DNA of 30,206 nucleotides from Kofleriaceae bacterium (GCA_046597055.1 JBKJLC010000011.1:1-30206), one strand, 5' to 3'; positions 16,835 through 26,789 are shown, counted from the first letter of the stretch. Numbers and translations are program-made. Notes: generated by a model not told the origin, from the letters alone.

Positions 16835-19800
16835 ATGTCATCTGCCCTCCGGCGCGCGGTGCTCCCTTCGCTGCTCTTCGTCGTCGCCTGTGGCAGCGAG
16901 CCCACCGCCGGCCCGCCCGGCGCCGGCCCCGACGCCGAGGTGCCGGTGGCCGGCCCGTCGTCGCTCCTGCTCGACCGCGACGAGCTCCCGCCCGCGGCGA
17001 TCGCCGCCGATCCGGTGGCGGTGGCGCGGCGCGTGGCGCACCGGCACGCGGCGGTCTACCGGCTGTCGCCGCGCGCGATCGATGCAGCGCAGGTGGCCTC
17101 GGTCGAGGCCCTGCCGCGCGGCGGCACCCTGGTCAGCTTGCGGCAGCGCCTCGATGGCGTCGAGGTCCTGGGCCACGAGCTGGACGTCGTGCTCGACGGT
17201 CGTGGCCGCGCGGTCTCGCTGTCGGGTCGGCTGGATCCGCGCACGCCGAGCGGGGCGACGCCGCGCGCGACCGGCGCCAGCGCGACGGCCGCGGTGGTCG
17301 CGGCCTACGAGGAGTGGACCGGACACCGCCTGGCGCCGGCGCGGGTCGGTGCCGGCAGCCCGACGCCCGGTGAGCACACGCGCTTCGACCTCGATCTCGC
17401 GCCGGGCGTCGCCGCCGGCGGCATCGTGGTCGAGCCCGTGGCCCGGGCCCGGCCGATCTGGTTCGCCGACGCGGCCGGCCTGGTCGCCGCCCATCAGGTC
17501 GAGCTGCTCGGGCAGGACGAGGACGGCGCTCGCCCGCGCGGCCAGACCTTCGTGGTCGCCGCCGACAGCGGCGCGATCCTGACCACGCACGAGCTGGTCG
17601 ACGATCTCGCGTTCGGGTACCGGGTCTGGGCCGATCCGGTGACCGGTCAGCCTCACCCGAACCCGGCGGGCCCGACCGCGCTCCCCCACCCGACCGGGCG
17701 TCCCGACGGGACCGGGCTGGTGGCGATCGATCCGATCCTGCGCGAGGTCGAGGGCGCGCCCGCCTGGCTGCCCGACGACGCCACCGGCACGACCGGCAAC
17801 AACGTCGAGGCGTTCACGCACCGGGCGTTCGCCCCCGACGGCAGGTCGCCCGCGCCGGCGCCGCTGACTGCCGAGCGCGCGTTCGACCACCGCGGTCACG
17901 ATGGCACCGACGTCGAGGCCGCACCGCAGGCCTTCGCCGCGGTGACCAACGCGTTCTACGTCAACAACTGGCTCCACGACCTGTTCTACCGGCACGGCTT
18001 CGACGAGGCCGCCGGCAACGCCCAGCGCGACAACCTCGGGCTCGGCGGCGTCGCGGGCGACCCGCTGCGGGTGGCGATCGCCGGCGTCTCCAACAACGCC
18101 AGCATGCGGACCCCGGCCGACGGCGCGTCGCCGTCGATGAGCCTGTACCTGTTCGACACCTGGGCGACGCTGCGCGCCGACCTCGGCGGGACCACGCGCA
18201 CGTTCGTCGCGGTGCCGCCCTACTTCGACGAAGTCGGCGGCTTCGAGCGCCACGCGCCGCTGGTGGTGTCGACCAACGCCGGGTGCAGCCCGACCGCGCC
18301 GACCATGAGCGGTGCGGTGATCCTGCACCGGGTCGCGAGGACCTCGTCCTGCGAGCTCGAGACGCTCACCGCCGCCGCGGCCGCGGGCGGTGCGGTCGCG
18401 GTGGTGCTCGTCATCGACGGCGCCACCGAGCCGGCTCAGATCGGCCGGCTCGACGGCTACCAGTCGTCGTTGCCGACGCTGGCGATCACGTCGGGGGCCG
18501 GCGACGAGCTCGCGCTGGCGGTGACCGCCGGTCCGGTCCAGGTTCACCTGCGTCGCCCGCTGCGCGACAGCGCGCTCGACAACACCATCGTCACCCACGA
18601 GTGGGGCCACTACCTCTTCCGCCGGCTGGTCGCCGGCGGCTCGGGCCAGCTCGCCGGCGCCCAGGCCGGCGGGCTCAACGAGGGCACCGCTGACTTCGTC
18701 TCCCTGGTGACCCTGGCCCGCGCCGACGACGGCACCACCGGGGTCTTCCCACAGGGCGCGTACGCGCTCGGTGGCATGGGCGCGGTCGACTACGGCTACT
18801 TCGGGATCCGCCGCTACCCGTACACGACCGACCCGACCCGCAACCCGCTCACGTTCAAGCACATCGAGACCGACGTGGCGCTGCCGGTGGGCCCCCCGGC
18901 CCACCTCCGCGGCAGCGGCAACGCCGAGGTCCACAACGCCGGTGAGATCTGGGCGACCGCGCTGTGGGGATGCTTCGTCGCGCTGCACGACGCCCACGGC
19001 CCCGACGAGGCGCGCGAGCGGATGCTCGGATACCTGGTGGCCGCGCTCAAGCTGGTGCCGGCTGACCCGACCTTCGTCGACGCCCGCAACGCCTTCCTGG
19101 CCGCCGCCGCGGCCGCCGACGCCGGCGACGAGGAGCGGTTCTGGCGAGCGTTCGCGCGGCGCGGCCTGGGCGAAGAGGCCCGGGCGCCGTCGCGGACCTC
19201 GGTGCTGAACCGCGGCGTGGTCGAGAGCTTCGAGCATCCATACCAGACCCGGATCCTCGACGCGCGCGTGGTCGAGGGCACCCAGAGCTGCGACGCCGAC
19301 GGGATCCTCGACGCCGGTGAGCTCGGCGAGCTGGTGCTCCGGGTCCGCCGCGGCGCCGGCACCACCGAGGTGGTCACCACCGTGACCGGGACGGCCGAGG
19401 TGAGCTTTCCCGCCGGCACCCGCTGGCCGTCACCGGTCGGCGACGCGCGGGTGTTCGAGCTGCGGGTCCCGGTCGCGCTGATCAGCGCGCCGACCGGGGG
19501 GCGCCTGACCCTCCAGGTCGTCGCCGCTGCCAGCGATCGCGAGCACGCCCGGACCGTGGTCACCGAGGTCCACCGCGATCTGCTGTACGGCACGCTCGAC
19601 GATGTCGAGGCCGCGCCGTCGGCGTGGGGCACCGGCCAACCGCTCGCCGCCGGCTGGCAGCGCACCGCCACGCCCGCCGACGGCACCGTGTGGCGCATCG
19701 AGCCGCTCGACGGCGGCGAGCGCGCGGCGCTGGTGTCGCCGCCGCTCACCGACAGCGGCAGCGGTCGCCTGCGGCTGTCGTTCGACCACCGATTCGCGAC

Positions 19801-21436
19801 GTACGGCCGCGACGGCGGCGTGATCGAGCTGTCCAGTGATGGCGGCGCGACCTGGACCGACATCGGCGATCGCGCCGCCCCGACCTACCCCGCGACGATC
19901 TGGGGCACCCAGTTCGCCGACACCGCGCGCCGGGGCTTCGGCGGCCGCAGCGACGGCTACCCGCGGTTCAGCCGGGTCGTCCTCGAGCTCGGCGACGCCT
20001 ATCACGGCCAGACCGTGCGCCTCCGCTTTCGCTTCGCAGCGAGCGGCGACCAGGATGGCCGCTGGGACCTCGACAACCTCGCGGTCGCCGGCGTCCAGGG
20101 TGCGCCGTTTCCGCGGCTGGCCGCGAACGCGCGCACCTGTGCGCTCGCCGACGCCGGCCCCGACCAGGCCGTCAACGCCGGCACGCGGGTCGAGCTGAAC
20201 GGCGCCGGCAGCCACGCCTACGCCGGCGAGGTGCTCACCTTCGCATGGACGCAGGTGGCCGGCCCGGCGGTGACGCTCGACGCGCCCACCGCCGCGCGCA
20301 CCGGGTTCACGGCCCTCGGCGGGGATGCCGACACCGAGCTGCGGTTCCGGCTGACCGTGCGCTCGGTGACCCGCGGCGCCGAGGGCACCGACGAGGTGAC
20401 CATCCACGTGCGCTCGGGGATCGTGGTGGTGCTCCCGGCCGACCAGCTCGTCCTCGCGGGATCCGAGGTGACCGTCGATGGCAGCCAGAGCCACGGCTCA
20501 CCGCAGGACGTGCTCGCGTACGAATGGCGGGCCTACGGGGGCTCGGGCCTCACGCTGGTGGGCGCTGATACCTCCACCGTCCGGTTCCGGGCGCCCGACG
20601 CCCCGGTCTCGCTGTTGCTGTCGCTGTCAGTGCGGGCGCCGGCCCGCAATGCCTACGGCAGTCTCTCGACCTGGGTCCGCGTGGTCATGCCGCTCGCGGT
20701 GCAGCCCACGGGCGGCGCGCGGGTCCGCGGCGTCGGCGAGACCGTGACCCTCACGTCGGGCGTGAACCGCTCGGGCACCGACGTCGCGGTCCGCTGGTCG
20801 CAGATCGCCGGGCCCGAGGCGGTGCTCGGCGACGTGACCGGCCCGTGGGCATCCGCGGTGATGCCGGCGACCGACGTCCACCGCGAGCTGCGGTTTCGCG
20901 TCGACGCGAGCTCGACCGCGACCGCCGAGCACGTCAGTGGCGAGCTGTCGGTCCTGGTCGCGGCCGCCACCGCCGGCGACGACCGCGACGTGCGCAGCGG
21001 GGACGAGGTGGCGCTCGGGCTGAGCCAGCCCGACGGGCTCATCCCGGACCTCGTGTACACCTGGGAGCAGCGCGAAGGGCCCACGGTCGCGCTGCAGGCC
21101 GCCGACGGTGCCGCGCCCCGGTTCACCGCACCGACCGTCGAGACCAGGGCCCAGCTGCGCTTTGGCCTGGTCGTCTCGACGCCCGACCGCCCCACGCTCG
21201 GCAGCGACGAGGTCATCGTGACGGTGACGCCCCGTCCCGACGTCGATGCGGGCCCCACCGGCGGGGCGACCGACGCGGGTCCCGATGGCGGCGCGGGTGG
21301 CGGCGCCGATGACGCCGGCGGCGGCTGCGGCTGCCACACCAGCGGCGGGGCCGGCGCGCCGGTCGGGCTCGCCGGGGCGTTCCAGGCGGCGGTCGTGGCG
21401 CTGGTGCTCCGACGCCGCCGCGGCCGGCAGCGCTAA
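16835..21436 (+). CDS. M36 (fungalysin) family metallopeptidase with PA domain, PKD-like repeats and MYXO-CTERM
   Basis: Lipobox-like FVVAC; propeptide; NAFYVNNWLHDLFYRHGFDEAAGNAQ; HEWGH; GLNEGTADF; GIRRYPY; EVHNAGEIWA; ADAGPDQ repeats; C-terminal GGCGC + hydrophobic segment + RRRR. Confidence 0.92.
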   Translation: MSSALRRAVLPSLLFVVACGSEPTAGPPGAGPDAEVPVAGPSSLLLDRDELPPAAIAADPVAVARRVAHRHAAVYRLSPRAIDAAQVASVEALPRGGTLVSLRQRLDGVEVLGHELDVVLDGRGRAVSLSGRLDPRTPSGATPRATGASATAAVVAAYEEWTGHRLAPARVGAGSPTPGEHTRFDLDLAPGVAAGGIVVEPVARARPIWFADAAGLVAAHQVELLGQDEDGARPRGQTFVVAADSGAILTTHELVDDLAFGYRVWADPVTGQPHPNPAGPTALPHPTGRPDGTGLVAIDPILREVEGAPAWLPDDATGTTGNNVEAFTHRAFAPDGRSPAPAPLTAERAFDHRGHDGTDVEAAPQAFAAVTNAFYVNNWLHDLFYRHGFDEAAGNAQRDNLGLGGVAGDPLRVAIAGVSNNASMRTPADGASPSMSLYLFDTWATLRADLGGTTRTFVAVPPYFDEVGGFERHAPLVVSTNAGCSPTAPTMSGAVILHRVARTSSCELETLTAAAAAGGAVAVVLVIDGATEPAQIGRLDGYQSSLPTLAITSGAGDELALAVTAGPVQVHLRRPLRDSALDNTIVTHEWGHYLFRRLVAGGSGQLAGAQAGGLNEGTADFVSLVTLARADDGTTGVFPQGAYALGGMGAVDYGYFGIRRYPYTTDPTRNPLTFKHIETDVALPVGPPAHLRGSGNAEVHNAGEIWATALWGCFVALHDAHGPDEARERMLGYLVAALKLVPADPTFVDARNAFLAAAAAADAGDEERFWRAFARRGLGEEARAPSRTSVLNRGVVESFEHPYQTRILDARVVEGTQSCDADGILDAGELGELVLRVRRGAGTTEVVTTVTGTAEVSFPAGTRWPSPVGDARVFELRVPVALISAPTGGRLTLQVVAAASDREHARTVVTEVHRDLLYGTLDDVEAAPSAWGTGQPLAAGWQRTATPADGTVWRIEPLDGGERAALVSPPLTDSGSGRLRLSFDHRFATYGRDGGVIELSSDGGATWTDIGDRAAPTYPATIWGTQFADTARRGFGGRSDGYPRFSRVVLELGDAYHGQTVRLRFRFAASGDQDGRWDLDNLAVAGVQGAPFPRLAANARTCALADAGPDQAVNAGTRVELNGAGSHAYAGEVLTFAWTQVAGPAVTLDAPTAARTGFTALGGDADTELRFRLTVRSVTRGAEGTDEVTIHVRSGIVVVLPADQLVLAGSEVTVDGSQSHGSPQDVLAYEWRAYGGSGLTLVGADTSTVRFRAPDAPVSLLLSLSVRAPARNAYGSLSTWVRVVMPLAVQPTGGARVRGVGETVTLTSGVNRSGTDVAVRWSQIAGPEAVLGDVTGPWASAVMPATDVHRELRFRVDASSTATAEHVSGELSVLVAAATAGDDRDVRSGDEVALGLSQPDGLIPDLVYTWEQREGPTVALQAADGAAPRFTAPTVETRAQLRFGLVVSTPDRPTLGSDEVIVTVTPRPDVDAGPTGGATDAGPDGGAGGGADDAGGGCGCHTSGGAGAPVGLAGAFQAAVVALVLRRRRGRQR

Positions 21437-21494
21437 CGTTAGCCAGCCGGCCGGCGCGATCGCCCCACCGCCGGGCGGACCCGCGTCGGCGTGG

Positions 21495-21824
21495 TCACCC
21501 CGGCTCGAACGAGCAGACGTACTCGGCGATGCCGTCGGCGACGGCAATGTCGAAGCCCGAGTGGGCCGGGACGTGGAAGCTGGTCCCCGGCCCGAACGTG
21601 GCCCATGCCTCGGAGCCGTCGAGGCGGACCCGGCAGTGCCCGGCGACGATGTCCATCTGCTCGGCAGCCTCGGTGCCGAAGTGGAACTCGCCGGGGTAGA
21701 TCAGGCCCAGCGTCTTCTTCGCACCATCGGCGAGGCGGATCGTGTGGCTGACGACCTTGCCGTCGAAGTAGACGTTGGCCTTGGCGACGGCGGTGACGCC
21801 GGCGAACTCGAGGGGAGCGCTCAT
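21495..21824 (-). CDS. ppnP: Pyrimidine/purine nucleoside phosphorylase (DUF1255)
   Basis: KANVYFDGKVVSH, KKTLGLI.PGEFHFGT..AE.M and F.VPA.SGF...EYVCSF; start placed at the ATG at 21824. Confidence 0.9.
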   Translation of the reverse strand: MSAPLEFAGVTAVAKANVYFDGKVVSHTIRLADGAKKTLGLIYPGEFHFGTEAAEQMDIVAGHCRVRLDGSEAWATFGPGTSFHVPAHSGFDIAVADGIAEYVCSFEPG

Positions 21825-22040
21825 GCCGGCATCTTCACACCACCGGCGCCCGGATGCGCGCCGGGGTGCGATCGGCACCGGCGGTGGTCGCGCCGAACCA
21901 CCAGTGAATGAATGCGCGGTAAGGCTCCGCACGAGCGGGTCGGACCCACCCCAACGCCGTACCTTGACAGGGCATATAGTTAGGAACTCGAACCATTTTG
22001 TTTGAGCACGAAGTACCTGGGGTGTGCTTCCATCCCGCCC

Positions 22041-22604
22041 ATGAGAGCTGAAGCATTGTTCATGTTCGCGTTGATCGTTCCCTTCGTCACGCTTCAGAGC
22101 GCGTGCGCCGAGGAGCCGGCCACGGCAGAGCTCGGCGAGCTCGATGCCGAGGCCACCTGTGAGCTGGAGACCCTGGACAACTGCGAGCCCGACGGCTCCG
22201 TCGGCGTTGGTGCGCTTGCCGCGGCGTCAGGCGCCTGCAGCGCGAACTTCGCGGGCTGCGTCAGGGGCGGTGGCGGCGGTGCTTGCGCGACCCGCTGGTG
22301 CACGGGCGCATGCGTGAGCGAGGTCGCGTCCTGCGTGCGCGGTGGCGGCGGCGCGGCGTGCGCCAACCGCTGCACGGGGCCCACGTGCACGCCGAAGGAG
22401 CTGTGGACGGAGATCTGGACGTGGGAATGCGGCTTCCCCTACGGCTGGGGCGGTCAGAACGCCGCTGCGCCTGGCAAGGCCCGCGCGACGTGCACGCAGC
22501 AGTGCAACGGCACGGTCAACGATTGCTACGTCTGGCATCACCCCAATGGCCGAGCCCAGTGCACGCGCGGCGTGCCGCTGGATGTGGCGCAGAACCCGTG
22601 GTGA
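22041..22604 (+). CDS. Cysteine-rich secreted lipoprotein with a tandem CVRGGGG repeat
   Basis: Hydrophobic signal ending LQSAC; 17 Cys; two copies of AC-x5-CVRGGGG-x-ACA-x-R(W)CTG. Confidence 0.7.
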   Translation: MRAEALFMFALIVPFVTLQSACAEEPATAELGELDAEATCELETLDNCEPDGSVGVGALAAASGACSANFAGCVRGGGGGACATRWCTGACVSEVASCVRGGGGAACANRCTGPTCTPKELWTEIWTWECGFPYGWGGQNAAAPGKARATCTQQCNGTVNDCYVWHHPNGRAQCTRGVPLDVAQNPW

Positions 22605-22776
22605 GCTGAGCGCCGATCGCGCGGCGGGGCCAGCGGTCCAGGCGCCACCGCTTGAGCGAGGAGACGTGCTCGGGATTTCGCCAGCGTCCCACCGGTCTCC
22701 GATGACGCCGCCCGGCGCTCCGCGGTTCGCCGCCGCAGCACGCGCCCGCGCACTTTTCGCTTGCGCTCGCGCGCAA

Positions 22777-22792
22777 GAATGAATATTCATTC
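22777..22792. promoter_or_regulatory. Putative TetR operator 1 (GAATGAATATTCATTC)
   Basis: Perfect 16-bp AT-rich palindrome 10 nt upstream of the tetR ATG; near-identical copy upstream of the SDR gene. Confidence 0.85.
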
Positions 22793-22802
22793 CGTAACGG
22801 AC

Positions 22803-23426
22803 ATGACGCCGCCGCGCATACAACCGGTGCCCGCGACGCTGCCAGGCCGCAAGGCAGTGGCGGAGCGGCCCGACAAGCGCGACGCCATCCTGACCGCGGC
22901 CCTCGGGCTGTTCGTCGAGCGCGGCTTCCACGGCACCGCCGTGCCCGAGGTCGCCGACCGCGCCGGCGTCGGCGCCGGGACCATCTATCGCTACTTCGAG
23001 TCGAAGGAGGCGCTGGTCAACGAGCTGTACCGGCGCCACAAGCAGCTGCTCCTGGCGCGCATGCTCGCAGCCTTCCCGGCGACGGCCGCCGCCCGCGAGC
23101 AGTTCGCCGCGATCTGGCGGGCGATGGCCCGGTTCTCCGCCGAGGAGCCGCTCGCCTTCGACTTCCTCGAGCTGCACAACCACGGCTCGTACCTCGACGC
23201 CGAGAGCAAGGCCCTCGAGGATCGCATCATCACGTTCGGCGTCGCCTTCGTCGAGGCCGCCCAGCGCCGCGGCGAGGTCCGGCTGGTGCCGCCCGCGATC
23301 CTGATCGGGATCGTCATGGGATCGCTGGTCGGACTGGTCTCGAAGGGTCAGCAGTGCGGCCTCACGATGACCGAGGACCGCTGGTCGACCGCCGAGCAGT
23401 GCGTCTGGGAAGCGATCCGCATCTAG
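22803..23426 (+). CDS. TetR/AcrR family transcriptional regulator
   Basis: KRDAILTAALGLFVERGFHGTAVPEVADRAGVGAGTIYRYFESKEAL HTH signature; start position uncertain. Confidence 0.93.
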   Translation: MTPPRIQPVPATLPGRKAVAERPDKRDAILTAALGLFVERGFHGTAVPEVADRAGVGAGTIYRYFESKEALVNELYRRHKQLLLARMLAAFPATAAAREQFAAIWRAMARFSAEEPLAFDFLELHNHGSYLDAESKALEDRIITFGVAFVEAAQRRGEVRLVPPAILIGIVMGSLVGLVSKGQQCGLTMTEDRWSTAEQCVWEAIRI

Positions 23427-23471
23427 CTCCCTGCCCACGGCCGGCCCGGCTGCGAAGCCGCCACCGCCGTG

Positions 23472-23487
23472 GAATGAACGTTCATTC
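23472..23487. promoter_or_regulatory. Putative TetR operator 2 (GAATGAACGTTCATTC)
   Basis: Perfect 16-bp palindrome between tetR and the SDR gene; differs from operator 1 only at the central 2 bp. Confidence 0.85.
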
Positions 23488-23533
23488 TTTAAACCTGTAA
23501 CCGCCCCTATCCCCGTCGCAGGAGCCCGTGCCC

Positions 23534-24442
23534 ATGTCCACCGCCCGCCCGTCCATCGTCCTCATCACCGGCGCCACCGCCGGCATCGGCCGCACCACCG
23601 CGCTCCACCTTGCCAGCGCCGGCTACCACGTGATCGCGACCGGCCGGCGCAGCGCCGAGCTCGACCGGCTGAAGGCGGAGGCGCCGGCCGGCACCCGGCT
23701 CGACACCACCGTGCTCGACGTGACCTCGGCGGCCTCGATCGCGAGCGCGGTGGCCGAGGTCGATCGCCTCACCGACGGCCACGGCCTCGACGTCCTGGTC
23801 AACAACGCGGGCTACGGGCTGGTCGGCCCGCTGACCGAGATCTCCGACGCCGAGCTGCGCCGCCAGTACGACACCAACGTGTTCGGCCTGATGGCGGTCA
23901 CCCGCGCGTTCGTGCCGGCGATGCGCGCGCGCGGCCGGGGCCGCATCATCAACGTGTCGAGCGTGGGCGGCAAGATGACCTTCCCGTTCATGGGCGCGTA
24001 CAACTCGACCAAGTACGCGGTCGAGTCGATGTCCGACGCGCTCCGCTACGAGCTCAAGCTGCTCGGCATCGACGTCGTGCTGATCGAGCCGGGCGTCATC
24101 CACACCAGCTTCGCCGAGACGTCGATGCAGGCGGTGCCGCAGTACCAGGACACCGTGTACGGCCCCGCGCTCGCCAAGGCCGACCAGCTGCGCGCGCGCA
24201 TGGAGTCGACCGGGGTCGGGCCCGAGGTGGTCGCGCGCGGCATCCACAAGGCGATCCGCCGCCGGCACCCGGCCGCGCGCTACGTCACGCCGTGGTACGG
24301 CGGGCTGGTCCTCGGCCTGCTCGCGCTGGTCCCGACCCGCGTGCAGGACGCGGCGGTCCGTCGGGTCAGCTTCCTCACCCGCGCGACCCTGGCCCGGCCC
24401 GAGCAGCTGCAGGGCAAGGCCGTCCGCGCCCCGGCCGCGTGA
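23534..24442 (+). CDS. Short-chain dehydrogenase/reductase (SDR family)
   Basis: TGATAGIG, NNAG, catalytic S and YNSTK, IEPG; AGGAG RBS at 23520-23524. Confidence 0.93.
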   Translation: MSTARPSIVLITGATAGIGRTTALHLASAGYHVIATGRRSAELDRLKAEAPAGTRLDTTVLDVTSAASIASAVAEVDRLTDGHGLDVLVNNAGYGLVGPLTEISDAELRRQYDTNVFGLMAVTRAFVPAMRARGRGRIINVSSVGGKMTFPFMGAYNSTKYAVESMSDALRYELKLLGIDVVLIEPGVIHTSFAETSMQAVPQYQDTVYGPALAKADQLRARMESTGVGPEVVARGIHKAIRRRHPAARYVTPWYGGLVLGLLALVPTRVQDAAVRRVSFLTRATLARPEQLQGKAVRAPAA

Positions 24443-24736
24443 TCCGAGCGCCCCGAGGCGGGCGGCCAGCGCGTGGACGGCGCGAGGCGCGGACGAGACA
24501 ATCGTGGGCTGCGGAAGAGACGCTCGCGATCTGACGGAGAGACAACCGCGGGCTCCGGTGGGACACACCCGGCAAACATTGTATCGACGCAGGTTTGCGC
24601 GCTGGCGCACCGCTTGCTCAGTGCGCCCGCCGCGGGCGTCGGCGAAGGGGATGCGCTGCGCGGAGGAACGCGGCGCCGATCTGGGCGCCGGACGGCGGTG
24701 ACCAGTGCTGACGCTCAGGGGCGCCAGTCCATACAA

Positions 24737-25123
24737 CAGGTCGCGCTCGATCTGGGCGATCTCGTCGCTGAATTTCCTCTTCTCGTCGTCGGTCTCGGCC
24801 CTCGACTTGTTGCTCTCAGCCTTGCTCCCCCCGCCCCCGAGGTCCTCGATGTCCTTCAAGGCCTGCTCGACGTTGCGCTTCACCTCGCGGGTGCGCTCCT
24901 CGTTGCCACATGACACGACGTGGCTGCTGCGGCCGTCGCACCACTCGTGGACGCGCGGGCCCTCGGAGTCGCAGGCGTTGCGCTCGGAGCCGTAGAAGGC
25001 GGGGATCATCTTGCATCCCTCGTCGTAGCGGTCGGCCTCCTTGAGATCGGAGAGCTTGTCGGCGAACGCCGCCGACACGCCGAGCGAGCAAGTGACGAGC
25101 AGGATCATCTTGGGGTTACGCAA
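24737..25123 (-). pseudogene. Secreted Cys-containing/coiled-coil protein, apparently 3'-truncated
   Basis: Signal peptide MRNPKMILLVTCSLGVSAAFA; protein-like to ...IAQIERDL, then the frame loses coding character and runs antisense through the SDR without a nearby stop. Confidence 0.5.
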
Positions 25124-25166
25124 GCATCTTCCTTCTAGCGTTCAGCCGCCGGGAAATCGCGATCGA

Positions 25167-25631
25167 TCAACTGGTCGAGGCTTGGGACGTCCAGCGGTCG
25201 AGCGCGGCGCGCGCGACCTCGGTGGGCTGTCCGCCGTCAGGCTCGGCCGTCATGAAGGCCGCGAGGGCCGCGATGACCGCGGCGCGCTGGGCGGCGGTGA
25301 GCGCTTCGACGAGCTCGTTGAAGCGTCGCCGACTCTTCACGTTGAGGGCAGGGAGGAGGGAGTCGGGGGCCGCCGTCTGCGTGCCGTCCTGGACGAGCGA
25401 GCAGAGGTAGACGGGCAGCACGGCGGCGATGTGGCGCGCCTCGAGGAAGCTGAGCGCGTCGGCGCGGCGCAGGATGAACTCGCGATCGAGCTCGAGCCAG
25501 GTCTTGCCATCGACGTGGTCGCGGTAGCTGTTGCCGTCGAGGCCGTCGCCGCGGGCGGCGGCGAAGGCAATGGGCTGCGCGGGGAACGCGGCGCGGATCT
25601 GGGCGAGGGCGTCGGCCCCTTGTGTTTGCAT
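25167..25631 (-). CDS. Hypothetical protein resembling the DUF6714 family (immunity-like)
   Basis: IRAAFP...GKTWLEL...ALSFL...LPVYL...LTAAQRAAV pattern; AGGAG upstream. Confidence 0.6.
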   Translation of the reverse strand: MQTQGADALAQIRAAFPAQPIAFAAARGDGLDGNSYRDHVDGKTWLELDREFILRRADALSFLEARHIAAVLPVYLCSLVQDGTQTAAPDSLLPALNVKSRRRFNELVEALTAAQRAAVIAALAAFMTAEPDGGQPTEVARAALDRWTSQASTS

Positions 25632-25803
25632 GACTCTCGGTACTCCTGGGCACCGGATGGCGGTGACCCGCGCCATCGTGCGACACGTCGCAGACTTGGG
25701 CTTCTGTCAGCCGTTCGATAAGTGCCGAAGCGGGAAGCGGCTCCAGTCCGGGTCCCAGTGGCAACCCTGTGAAGTGTTACTCCAAGGACGGTACGGTCGG
25801 CGC

Positions 25804-26361
25804 ATGCGGCGATCGCTCATCGTGGTGGCTCTGTTGCTCGCCGGCGCGGCGCCCGCGCACGCCGACGTTGCGATCGACGGCGGCGTCGCCGCACCCCCGA
25901 GAGAGATCGCCGGCCGGTGGATCGACGCGCTGGTCGCGCGGGACGTCGCCGCGCTCACCGCGCTGACCTCGACGCGGTTCTGGAAGGTCGGGGTGACCTC
26001 GAAGGAATGGCACACCTGGAACGTCGGCTGCGCGAAGCAGCAGCACGCTCGGCGCGCCGAGGAGCTCGCCGCGGTCGTCCGCTGCATGGTCGGCGTCAAC
26101 CCCAAGGCGACCGCCGGGTCGATCTACCGCATCCTGCACGACGACGGTCCCCAGTTCGACGAGATCAGCATCGGCGAGCTGCCGCGCGAGCTGCGCAAGC
26201 ATCGCGGGCGGCTCAAGAAGGCGGTCACCCGCGGCGCGCGCCTCGTCCGCTACCGGGTCGATGACCGGTACTGGAAGGTCCGCACCGTTTTCGTCCTCGA
26301 TCCGGCGACCTCGCATCAGACGGTCGCCGCGGTCGTCGAGTGGAAGCGGCACCGCGACTGA
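25804..26361 (+). CDS. Hypothetical secreted protein
   Basis: Signal peptide MRRSLIVVALLLAGAAPAHA; GC3-rich codons; two Cys. Confidence 0.7.
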   Translation: MRRSLIVVALLLAGAAPAHADVAIDGGVAAPPREIAGRWIDALVARDVAALTALTSTRFWKVGVTSKEWHTWNVGCAKQQHARRAEELAAVVRCMVGVNPKATAGSIYRILHDDGPQFDEISIGELPRELRKHRGRLKKAVTRGARLVRYRVDDRYWKVRTVFVLDPATSHQTVAAVVEWKRHRD

Positions 26362-26789
26362 GACCGGACCGCTCCGGATCCCTCAGAACGAGAGCGATCC
26401 GCGCGCGCCCACTTCTGGCACGTGCCCCGGGTCGCCCTGCTCGCGTCGGCCGCCGTCGCCGACGGGTGCGGCGACGGATGGATCGAGGGCGGATCGGGCG
26501 CTCCGGGGAGCGACGTCTCATGCTGTCCGCCCATCGGACAGAACTCAACTGGTTGGACAAGACTCATCGACGGTGCCAGGCCTGGTGGCCATCGCGTCAG
26601 CTCCGCCAACGTGGTGCACAGCGCTGCGCAGCTCGTCGGCACGGCGATCATCGTCGTCGTCATCGTGAGGCTCCCGCGTCGTCGCATCGACGCCGGCCCA
26701 TTCAGATTCTCGACAAACGCCGACGCAAACTTCTGGGGACTGGCGAGTGTCAGTCGTGGGCGGCGGGCGTGCGACGGCGCCTGCCGCCG

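Noticed and set aside
21424..21450. Palindrome GCTAACGTTAGC at the M36 stop, resembling attC core sites
   Set aside because: No spacer or L boxes between AAC and GTT, single copy, no integrase; at most a hairpin between convergent genes.
21964..21995. TTGACA upstream of the Cys-rich gene as a sigma70 promoter
   Set aside because: No acceptable -10 at 16-18 nt spacing.
23507..24736. C-terminal ~410 aa of the 538-aa minus-strand ORF
   Set aside because: Read-through across intergenic DNA and antisense to the SDR gene.
26362..26789. Overlapping ORFs and a short inverted repeat (26523-26541)
   Set aside because: No frame shows convincing protein character, and a single 7-bp arm repeat can arise by chance.
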